From the NCBI RefSeq assembly GCF_964213995.1, contig NW_027590137.1:248001-312000 (forward strand): 64,000 nt of DNA, written 5' to 3'. The translations under genes and the position numbers were made by a program. The DNA comes from Mustelus asterias. Lineage: Eukaryota. Positions 1-9,735 of the stretch are shown here, in pieces; position 1 is the first letter of the stretch, and every line of letters begins with the position of its first letter. The notes under the pieces were generated by a model, which worked only from the letters and a program-made list of their open reading frames with translations, had not been told where the DNA came from and searched no databases.

Positions 1-165
1 AGTGAGCGGGGATGAGTGAGTGGGGATGAGTGAGTGGGGATGAGTGAGTGAGAGTGTGTCAGCGAGGGAAGTTGGGTAAGTGAAGGTGAGTGAGTGAAGT
101 TCTTTGAGTGAGGATGAGAGATTGAGGGTGAGTGAGGAAGTGTGGGCGGGGGTGAGAGAGTCAGT
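1..165. repeat. GAGT/GGGGAT-type low-complexity simple repeat
   Basis: Iterated agtgagtggggatgagtg units from the window start. Confidence 0.8.
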
Positions 166-469
166 GGGCCACCTCCTCCTCTTCCTCTCCATCGATCTTT
201 TCCCGATTGTCTACATTGATCAGCTTTCTGTAACAGGGCTGTGTAAAGTCAGACAGCAGTGTAGATCACCGGGCAGCTGCTTTAATGTCGGTGCCTTTCT
301 TTAAGAAACGCGTATCAGTTAATAAATAGACAGACTGAGGGAGCTGGAAGGGAAGCTTACAGCGAAACCAGAATGGGTCGCACAGGAATCAAACAGCAGG
401 TTTACACCAGTATTGGGGAGCCAGGCGGCCTTGGTCTCAGCCAAGTCCCTTCTTACTTATTGCGTCTTT

Positions 470-735
470 GTGTCCGGTGTAACACATGGAAATCTCTACT
501 TCTGACCTCATGTTGGATGGAATGTCTTTGATGAAGCAGTAGAAGATTGTTGGTCCCAGAACAATCCCCTGCCGAACTTTTGCAGTGAAATCTGAACTTA
601 GATGTTTGACCTCCAACAACCAACACCATCTTGCTTTGTGCTAAGTATGACTCCGAACAGAGAAGAATTTCCCGCCGATTCTTATTGACTTGAGTTTTAC
701 TCGGGCTCCTCGATCCCACCCTCATTCAAATGCTA
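470..735 (-). mobile_element. Old degenerate CR1-like LINE RT fragment
   Basis: Minus translation ...VRQGIVLGPTIFYCFIKDIPSNMRSEV resembles the RT motif [16 protein letters not shown]; the same family recurs at about 15560-16500 and 34500-35700. Confidence 0.7.
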
Positions 736-752
736 GCGGGGGTTGGGGGGGT

Positions 753-1065
753 GGGCGGTGGCACGGTGATTAGCACTGCTGCCTCACAGTTCGATTCCCG
801 ACTTGGCTCACTGTCTGTGTGGAGTTTGCAAGTTCACCCCGTGTCTGCTTGGGTTTCCTACGGGTGCTCCTGTTTCCCCCCCACAGTCCAAACATGTGCG
901 GGTTCGTTGGATTGGCCGTGCTAAATTGCCCCGTAGTGTCAGAGGGACTAGTTAGGGTAAATACATGTGGTTATGGGGATAGGGCTTTGGTGGGACTGCT
1001 GTTGGTGCAGACTCAATGGGCTGATTGGCCCCTTCTGCACTGGAGGATCCTATGCTTCAATTTAT
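753..1065 (+). mobile_element. tRNA-derived V-SINE (HE1-like), CR1-type tail
   Basis: Head tggcacggtgattagcactgctgcctcacag..gttcgattcc (A/B boxes), core tgtggagtttgca..gggtttcct..cccacagtccaaa, tail gactcaatgggc..cttctgcactg. Confidence 0.85.
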
Positions 1066-1094
1066 GATGTCAAGGACAATTACTCTGACGTATG

Positions 1095-2329
1095 TGAGAT
1101 GGAAAGTGGAGAGGGTGTTTGGCTGTGTGAGAGAGATAGAGGGTGAATGTATGTGTGAGGGTGCCTGTGTGTGATAGACTGCGTTTGCACGTGTGTGAGA
1201 CAGTGGGCTGTGTGTGCAAGAGGGGAGAGTGTGTGTGAGAGAAAGGGTGTGTGAGATAACGTGTGTGTGTGAGAGAGAGAATGTGTGTTTGAAAAGTTAT
1301 TCTTTGTGTGTGAGAGTGTGTCTCTTCTTGAAAGTGTGTGTGTGGGCAGTCTGTGTGAGAGAGTACTTCGGTGTGTGATTGAGTGTGTGTTTATGTGAAA
1401 AGAAGTGTGTCTATATGAGATACAGGGTGTCTATGAAAGTGAGTGTGTGTGCTTGAGGGAGGGTGTGTGTGTGTGGGAGAGAGTGTTGTGTTCATGTGAA
1501 AGACAGTATGTGTGAGAGGGAGTGCCTATTGGAAAGCAAAATAATATGTTCATGAGTGTGTGAAAGTGTGCATGGGATGGCGTGTGAGTGAGAACGATAT
1601 GTGCAATGTGTGTGGGTGATAGAAGCGATGTGTTTGAGTGTGTGTGTGTGTGTGTGCGTGTGTGAGACAGAGAGAGAGAATTTTTGTGAGAGAGAGAGAC
1701 GTTGTGTTGGTTTATGTGTGTGAGAGTGTGTCAGACACATGAGTGTTTTGCACGTGTTTGAGAAAGTGGTCTGTGTGTGCAAGAGGAGAGAGTGTGCGTG
1801 AGAGAAAGGATATGTGAGATAGAGAATGCGTGTGTGCGAGAGAGTGTGTGTATGTTTGAAGAGTTATTTTTTATGTGTGTGAGAGTATTTTTCTGTTCTT
1901 CAAAGTATATGTGTGTGCGTGTGTGTGTGTGGAGGGGCGGGGAGAGTGTGTGTGAGTGAGAAAAACTGTGAAAATGATGCAGAATGGATGCGTGAGTGTG
2001 TGTGAGTGAAATAACGGTTGAGAGGACATGTGTCTGTGATAGGTGGAGTGTTTAAGAGAGATACATTGTGTATACATGTGTGTTCGTGTGTGAGAGACGG
2101 AGAGACTGTGTGCGTGTGAGAGAGAGAGGGTGTTTGTGAGATACAGTGTTTGAGAGCAAGATTGTGCGTGTGTGAGATAATGTGTAAGGGAGTGAGCGTG
2201 TGAAAGAGAGATAAAAACGTACCTGTGTGAGAGATTGCGTGTGCAAGTGTTCGTATGAGAGAGAGCGAGCATGCAAATGAGTGTGAGACGGAGTGAGAGC
2301 ACGGAAGAGGGAATGTGAGAGGGATAGTG

Positions 2330-2392
<63 letters not shown>

Positions 2393-2995
2393 GAGAATGT
2401 GTGCGCGAGACTGTGCTTATGTGAGAGACTGTGTCTGTGTGTAAGAGTGTGTGTTAGAGTGTGTGCGTGGGTCTATGTTTGTGAGAGAGTGTGTTTATGA
2501 GAGAGCCAGTGTGTGAGAGCAAGAATGTACAGGTGTGAGATAGTGTGTGCAAGAGCTTTAGAAATATATGCGTGTGTGTATGCGTGAGTGAGAGAGAGAG
2601 ATGCGTGCGCAAGAGGAATTGTGAGAGAGCGTGTGTGAATAAATGTGAGACAGCTTGAGCGTGTGTGACAGAGTGTGGGAGAGAGAGTGCATGTGAGAGT
2701 GTGAGACTGTGCTTATGTGAGAGTGTGTGTCTGTGTGTAAGAGAGAATGTGTGTCGGGGGTGTGCGTGTGAGTGCTTTTGTGTATGGTGGTATGAGAGAG
2801 CGAGAGTATGTGTGTATTTGTATTTGAGAGAATGTATGTAGAACGTGAGAGAGAGAATGTGTATGGGTGTGTGAGAGAGATCGGATGAGAGACAAAGTAA
2901 GTGTGAATATATATGTGTGCATGTGTGAGAGACTATGAGAATGTGTATGTGTGTATTTATGTGTGTGAGAGTGTGTGATGTGTGTAAGTCTCTCT
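1095..2995. repeat. About 1.9 kb degenerate (GT)n/(GA)n microsatellite tract
   Basis: Continuous gtgtgt/gagaga composition with a pure (GT)n run at about 2332-2389. Confidence 0.95.
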
Positions 2996-3179
2996 CTGGC
3001 TGATTCAGTCTGGAAAAACACCCTCACTCCACATACACACTCACCCACTCACACAGTAAATGGGACTGACAAGTGAGCACAATACGGAGCGCGGGCCAAG
3101 GGTTGGAAAAACATTTAAATCTTTCACAAGTCAGTTCACAATTGAATAATTTCCTCTTTCCTCAATGAGCGAAACTTGT

Positions 3180-3640
3180 AAAAACTCAAGGAATTTGACA
3201 CAATCCAGGACAAAGCCACCCACAAGATTACCCAACCCCCTCAGTCACCCTATTCACTCTCTCTATCACTAACAAGCAGTTACAGCAGTGTATAATATAC
3301 AAGATGCACTGCAGCAACTCACCAAGACTCCATAGAAAGCACTGTCCAAACCCGCTGCCTTTACAGCCTAACAGGACAAGGGCAGAAGCCACATATGAAC
3401 ACTATCACCTGCAAGCTCCCCAACAAGACACACACCATCTTGACTTGAAACAATATCTCAGTTCCTTCACAGTCGCTGGGTCAAAATCCTGGAACATCCT
3501 GCCTAACCGCACGGCGGACGCCTGCAGCATATGCACTGCAGTTATTCAAGGATACTTAATATCAATTCTTTCCCAAGGAACAATTATGTAGGGACATATT
3601 TAAAATTCTTGCTTTGCAAGCGACTCTAAATTGCCTTTAG
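3180..3640 (+). mobile_element. Degenerate 3' end of the old CR1-like LINE family
   Basis: Motifs ttgacacaatccaggacaaagc and ttccttcacagtcgctgggtcaaaatcctggaac recur at about 14330, 31315, 32540 and 35545. Confidence 0.65.
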
Positions 3641-6600
3641 AAATTAAGAATAAGATGCAAACGAATTTGACCCTGTAACTGTTCTACTAAACAGGTCAGG
3701 GACCGCTATAGTATACAGTACAATATAGTAAATCTCCCTTTGCATTTGCTCATCCAAAGTTCCCAAAGCCGGTATATCACTGGTTAAAAATCAACCAAAT
3801 CTCTCTCTACAGCCTGACGTTTCTGCTCTCTCTAACGGTCACAGTGTGCTTTAGGGATCTCATTTCTGAGACTCCGAGTCAAACATCAGATCAACCTGTC
3901 ACGTTTCTCACAGATACAAGTTTATTGAAGAAATAAATCAATTTTCACTCCCGGAAATACAGGGGAAGGAACCAAAAGGTTTATAACCAGTCAGGCAGAT
4001 TCTTGGTGCCAACACAGTGACCACGCGCACAGAAACAGAACAGACACAAACGGTGCAACAATCGAGTGCCCAGCAGATAGATCTGTTCAATCTGTCAATT
4101 TCATTCAAATTGTTGGATTCTAATTGATCAATGGTCAACTTACAACAACAGAAAATCAATAACCTACTTTAAATTAAACTGATATTCATTTCAGAACTCC
4201 TTTCGACTTTTAATTATTTCTCTGTCTCACTTCTCGAAAACTATGTAAAAATGTAATTTTGCTGAAAATGAGCAATCAAAAATAACAGGTTCAGGACAGT
4301 TCAATGTCCCTAACAGAGATGCAGTGACACAGTCAGAATTAAACAAATCAGGAAACATTTACATTGAAAATCATTATCTGATTCGAGTTAATTTCTTAAT
4401 TAAATTAATGAACAAAATAATCAAGGCAAAATACTTTATCGAGCTGAGCATAGCTGAGTAAAAAAATGTTTTGTTTCTGAATTCATTTTCGATACAATTA
4501 AATATTCTCTAAAACTAATTGTATTTTGCACGCCTGTACAATATTCAAGTTCTTTTGTTTTAAATTAATCAGCAGCAATATTATATTTTAAGTTATTGTT
4601 AATTGCCAGTTAGTTCTCTTATCAGCTGATTTGAACTCTGTAATAAAATGAGTTTTCAATCATTCAAAACGTGCTTCTACCTCCAGCATTGTTAAATAAT
4701 TAGGTTACAATTAAACCTTATACAATGTTAAACAATAATTTTAAATTACTGAATGGAAACATTCAGAATCTGTCATTCATTTACTTAAATCCAATCACAT
4801 TGTAATATTTTACTTTTCCACTTTTACTACAAATGTCGTATTATAACCTAGAAACGTGTTAAAAATGCATACTTCTGAATTTGTATAGGCTGTAACGGCC
4901 TGGCAGTTTGAAATCAATAATAATGCATTCTAGATGTAAAAAGTTAGCCCATCCATATAACTTAATTACTGAACACATTGTTTAATTAAAGAAAATCTGA
5001 ATTAAACAGTGCAAACACAAAGAGGACAATTGATTCAAATCCTCTAAAGCACGATGCAGAATATAAGTCCAGACTTTTTCTTCATTATAATATTTAACAA
5101 GTATTAAACATAAGGTTCAGATATAATCAATTCTTCTATTCTGTCATTTATTCTTCCCATAATTCTATCCTGAGTTCAGCAGTAATGGGAGACATGATGT
5201 TATTATTAAGTGCAGAGCTAATATTATTTTTATAGTATCAGAATATTTTTACATAAATTAATTTTTTTGAATTTCAAGCATTAACTTGTCCATCTCTAGC
5301 CAGTTTGTGTTGACACTTTACTACAATTCAAACACAATCATATGAACAATTGCTTGAGTGTCAGCGAATTCCACCTGTCAGAAAACTCTGTTCACTCTGT
5401 CAAATTTATACAAACTCTTTGATTCTAATTGATCAAAGGTCAAATTACAACAACAAAAAAATCAATACATATTTTAAATTAACCTGATGTTCATTTCAAA
5501 ACTCCCTTCGCCTTTTAACTATCTCTCCCTGTCTGTCTCAAATCCCGAAAACTGGGCAAAAATGTATTTTTTCTGAAAATGAGCACATCAAATATAAAAG
5601 ATTCAGGGTAGTGTAATGTCCCTGAAGAGATACGGTGACACAGTAAGAATTGTAATTCATGATTTATTTTACTCTGTAAGCATCAGTTAACATGAATAAA
5701 AGTCCTAACATATATTTATTTTATTTTTCCGAAACCTGTTTACTTTACCCCTCCAAGAATTTTCAAACGCAGTTTTATTTTCATTTAGCCAGAAAACGTG
5801 TAACCGTTCAGTATCACTGAGTTGAACCAATACAGAAACAATTGAGAAACACCAAACCATTTCACAAATTTTGAGATGAGATTAGTAATTAATTATCTCG
5901 GTATCCAATTACAAATTACTTGGAAGGAATAATCTGGTTGCGACTGCACAGGAAAAAAATGTAGTATTCGGATACAAACATAGCCAAAAAGCAACGTCTT
6001 ATTCTGCAAAACTCGTATTCCAGTGAATGCGAACTTAATCTGGGATATAACGACTAATGCCAAGTATCGTGTTCAGCTGAGAGCTGCTGTGGAAACAGCA
6101 TGTTATCATTGAAATAATTTCTGGAATTGTCACAAAATATTTGCAGTCTGGAAATTTTTCTGGTCATGTTAATTGTGTGAAAAGCACAACAGAACTATTA
6201 AAGGGGATGACTGCTAAATTATATCAATACAAAGTAATCTTTGGTGAATATGGAGTTATATTACCGATTAATAATTGTTTGATTTATATTAATTTTACTA
6301 TTAAACTTGTTAATGAGAAGTTTGTGATTGCAGCAACGACGTAGTGTCCGAATGAGCGTTGTACGTCATGATGTATTTTAATTTGTAAGCGTTAGTTAAA
6401 ATTTATAAAAATGCTGTAATATCTTTATTTTAGTTTTTTTTCCAAAACCTGCTCGTTTTCTCCCTACAAGGATTTTCAAACTCAAAGATTGTTTGCATTC
6501 AACCAGAAAACGTCTAACCGCTCAGTGGCACCGAGTTTGAACAATGCAGAAATAATGCAGCAAAGCCAAACTATTTCACAAATTTTAAACATTCATAGTG

Positions 6601-7845
6601 ACCAAACCACAGAATCTCCTCAACGGAAACACCCCAAAACACATCAATGAGGGAATGAATCCGTTTCATGGAGAAACAGCTCAATTATCCATTGAACAGA
6701 ATCAAATGTAACATTGCAAGAAAATCTCAATATCGAATCTAGCAAACCAGCTCTGAACCAATTGTTAAAGGAAACATAAATCTGGAATAATAACAATAGC
6801 ATTGCGAGGAGATGGAATATGCCCAACAAATTAGTATTGAAACGCTATCACATTTTATTCAGATTGGAATATATTTCAAACATATTTAAACATTTGGATG
6901 GTAAAAGCTCCAGCCATCAAATGCCACCGAGATTAAACATTGCAGGTACCTCAGATTGTGAATGCCGTGACAAACTATGTTCTGAGCGAGCGGCGTAAAC
7001 CGTGGTTTAGTTTAACCTGCTTAAAATTTAAAAAATACAAACACACTAAAGCCTGTCTGATTTCTGCCTGCAGTCATGCGTCAAGCAATTGTAAACCCGC
7101 AGACTGTTCATATTCAATCACAAAGCGTGTAACAGCTGTGTCACCGAGTTTAAACAATGCAGAAACACCAAACTATTTCACAAATTTTACTTACTTAAAG
7201 TCACCCAGATACATAATCTCCTCACCAGAAAAAACGCACCACTGAGAGTCTGAACCCCGCTTCCTGCAGAAGCAGCTCAATTCTACAAACACTTGCAACA
7301 GAATCAAATGTAACATTGACAGAAATTTTTAATATAAATTCCAGCCAATCCACCCATCACCAAAGTAATTAATGTTTATAATAAGCAGAAATATTGCATA
7401 GCAGCACCAGCACTGCTAGTGAGTGGAACATGTTCACTGGATTAATCTAGAAATTATAGAACCTTTTTAAAATATTGGGTTAGATTTCAAACACTTGTGC
7501 AGTTGATGGTACAACCCGCAGCCACTAGATGTCACCGAGATTAAACATGACCGACACGCTGAATTGTTTAACAGACGTCAGGTTTTTAAAGTAACCCAGC
7601 CACACAGTAGCCTCAAAAGATAAACACAAAATCACAATAATTAGGGATTGAATTGCTCAGCTGCCTCTATTGTCAAGAAACAGCGGAATTCTAGAACCCC
7701 TTTGCATCAGAATCACAGGAAACATTGTAAAAATTCTCAATCCACCAAACCCACATTTAAGTAAACGAATTGATTATTAGCATAGACAAAAATATGAAAC
7801 AAAGACACATGTAAACCAATTATTCAATAAGTGCATCGTTCTTAC

Positions 7846-7893
7846 CTGCAGTCACCGTCACCATGGTACCTTGTCCCCAGTAGTCGAAGTAGT
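7846..7893 (-). CDS. IGHJ: Immunoglobulin heavy-chain J segment (YFDYWGQGTMVTVTA)
   Basis: Minus strand ACTACTTCGACTACTGGGGACAAGGTACCATGGTGACGGTGACTGCAG|gtaag: WGxG motif and canonical splice donor. Confidence 0.97.
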
Positions 7894-7932
7894 CACAGTG
7901 TCACATTCCCTGGGCTGTGTCATACAATAACC
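7894..7932 (+). other. JH recombination signal sequence, 23-bp spacer
   Basis: CACAGTG (7894-7900) + 23 bp + ACAATAACC (7924-7932). Confidence 0.95.
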
Positions 7933-8259
7933 GTCCCTGCACAAAATAGACACAAAACCACCATTAATTTAAATATTCACAAACCAGAGGAAAAGCAAAG
8001 TCAATTAATGTTCATTAAATTATAATTGTATTTCTGGATACCATTCTCCATTTATAAATGACCCGAATGTTTTATATTTCACAGCGGAACACATGAACAT
8101 GTTATTGATAAACACCAACCGATAATTGAGTAATTATCACGTATTTTCCATGTTCATTCTCATCATGTGGTCAGTGCTGGACATAAATAATACTGTCCTG
8201 TGATTAAAGTTGGAATTTAAAAGTGACACTGATCCAGCCTCAATCAATTAGTGCTGAGG

Positions 8260-8328
8260 TGTTTTTGTATTGACAGTAACTGCTGTGCCATTCCAGTTAT
8301 CACAGTGAGACACAGCATGACAAATACT
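8260..8328 (-). other. IGHD: IgH D2 segment (coding 8288-8300, ATAACTGGAATGG) flanked by 12/12 RSSs
   Basis: Plus strand: TGTTTTTGT (8260-8268)-12-TGCTGTG (8281-8287) [D] CACAGTG (8301-8307)-12-ACAAATACT (8320-8328). Confidence 0.95.
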
Positions 8329-8638
8329 GCGGCAGATTATTAACTGTAAAATGCAGATAGGTCATTTCACTGCTATTTCAAAAGTCTGTTTCCATGTCGT
8401 TTAAGAATGAGTCAGTGAGATATTTCAATTTTTACTGGTCATGATATTGATAAAGGGGAATTAGAAACTTTTACACTCTCCGTGCACATTCAGCATGTAA
8501 ATCAATAACAATAAAGTTGAAGTATTTTATATCTTTTAAAAAACAATGCTGCTTCTACCTATTATTTTGTCTATTCCTCATTTTGTTTAGCATTCGGCAG
8601 TGGCACTGATCACATATTTAAGCAAAGTCTTTCTCTGA

Positions 8639-8718
8639 GGTTTTTGTATGAGGATGTCGCTGTGCTCAGCACTGTGACCCACTGCTGTATCACTGTGACA
8701 CACACCCACACAAAAACT
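8639..8718 (-). other. IGHD: IgH D1 segment (coding 8677-8690, ATACAGCAGTGGGT) flanked by a V-facing 12 RSS and a D2-facing 22 RSS
   Basis: Plus strand: GGTTTTTGT (8639-8647)-22-CACTGTG (8670-8676) [D] CACTGTG (8691-8697)-12-ACAAAAACT (8710-8718). Confidence 0.95.
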
Positions 8719-9065
8719 GCACTCATTCTATTCAGTACTGCCGCTCAATATTCACTTCAAATGGACCATTAGTTCTGCTCTCATTTAAAATGTATGCAAC
8801 TGTTTATATAACACAATCTATCAGAAATATTAAAATGAGTAATATGTCCAGTGATGTACTTGCTGAAACTACAACAAATATAAAGTCAGTGAAAAGCTCA
8901 CCCCGTTACAGTGGTGAGTTTGTTATATTTTACTGTTAAATGCTTTCTTTGTTACTTCTTTTGAACACGATTATGGTTTGGTTCTGACCACTGTCGTTAA
9001 TATTACATTTAAAACAGATATTTACCTTCAGGTTATGATGGAAGTTGCTGAATTCCCTCTCGAGC

Positions 9066-9104
9066 TGTTCTTGTTCGGGTGCAGACCTGGTTCCTCTCGC
9101 TGTG
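9066..9104 (-). other. VH recombination signal sequence, 23-bp spacer
   Basis: Minus strand: CACAGCG (9104-9098) + 23 bp + ACAAGAACA (9074-9066), directly after TGT GCA AGA GAC. Confidence 0.93.
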
Positions 9105-9412
9105 GTCTCTTGCACAGTAATAGATGGCGGTGTCTTCAATCTTCAGGCTCATCATGTCCAAAACGAAGATGCTCTTTGAAATGTCTTTGGACGGAGTAAA
9201 TCGATTCTGAATCCCTGGGGCGTAGTAGATGGTGTTAGATGAATCGTAGTAGAGAGTCAGCCACTCCAGCCCCTGTCCGGGAACCTGCCGGATCCAGCCC
9301 ATCCAGTAGCTGCCAAGATTGAAGCCGCTGGTTTTACAGGTCAGTTTGAGGGAGCCTCCTGGACGCCCGGTCTCTGCCTCTGGCTGAGTCAACACAACCT
9401 CCGACTGAACAC
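9105..9412 (-). CDS. IGHV: Immunoglobulin heavy-chain V exon, shark IgM-type, open and apparently functional
   Basis: Acceptor ttttacag|GT; translation (G)[51 protein letters not shown]...[11 protein letters not shown] with both canonical Cys, the FR2 Trp and YYC; no stops. Confidence 0.97.
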
Positions 9413-9543
9413 CTGTAAAAATATATCAAAAACCCCGAGGATTAATCCGGGTGAAATGATTGCTGATTCTGCAACAATCCAGAGATAGACTAACACTGAG
9501 ACAGTAGCAGTCAGACTTGCACAATAAAAAAAAATCTACTCAC

Positions 9544-9589
9544 CGGATAAGAAAGTCAGCAAGAAACTGAGAGAAATCGCCGACCTCAT
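9544..9589 (-). CDS. IGHV: VH leader exon (MRSAISLSFLLTFLS-G)
   Basis: ATG at 9589, 46 nt, hydrophobic signal peptide, phase-1 donor G|gtgagt; a 131-bp intron splices in frame to the V exon. Confidence 0.95.
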
Positions 9590-9674
9590 CCTTCTGGTAA
9601 ATTGGGGGAAATGGTTGTGTCAGAAACTCAGTGAACAAACCAGCTCCCGGACTGTTGGATTCCGGTCCCAGTGA

Positions 9675-9735
9675 GCGGCATTTAAATACCCGGCAGAAGG
9701 GGGCGGCTTTCCAGGCGCCGCCTGTTGATTCCCTG
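9675..9735 (-). promoter_or_regulatory. VH promoter: TATA-like box plus GC-rich upstream motifs
   Basis: TATTTAAA on minus (9688-9681) about 90 bp upstream of the ATG; GGGCGG and GGCTTTCC at about 9701-9712; no ATGCAAAT nearby. Confidence 0.65.

Noticed and set aside
1492-3048. His/Thr- or Cys/Val-rich ORFs (also 52193-52591)
   Set aside because: Translations of (GT)n/(CA)n microsatellite.
4013-4052. RSS-like CACAGTG + 24 bp + ACACAAACG in the J-C intron (second J?)
   Set aside because: The spacer is off-consensus and the adjacent sequence has no WGxG/FGxG motif or suitably placed splice donor; at most a cryptic RSS.
1-7845. Ig constant (C-mu) exons downstream of JH
   Set aside because: No C1-set pattern (LxCL..F.P..I.V.W..Y.C.V.H) in any listed ORF or by eye; C presumably lies outside the window.
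9033-9104. ORF extension [14 protein letters not shown].. as a germline-joined CDR3
   Set aside because: It is read-through into the V RSS; D and J are separate and unrearranged.
9113-9119. Embedded TACTGTG heptamer for VH replacement
   Set aside because: It is dictated by the YYC codons, no nonamer lies at 12 bp, and the only upstream VH in the window has no RSS.
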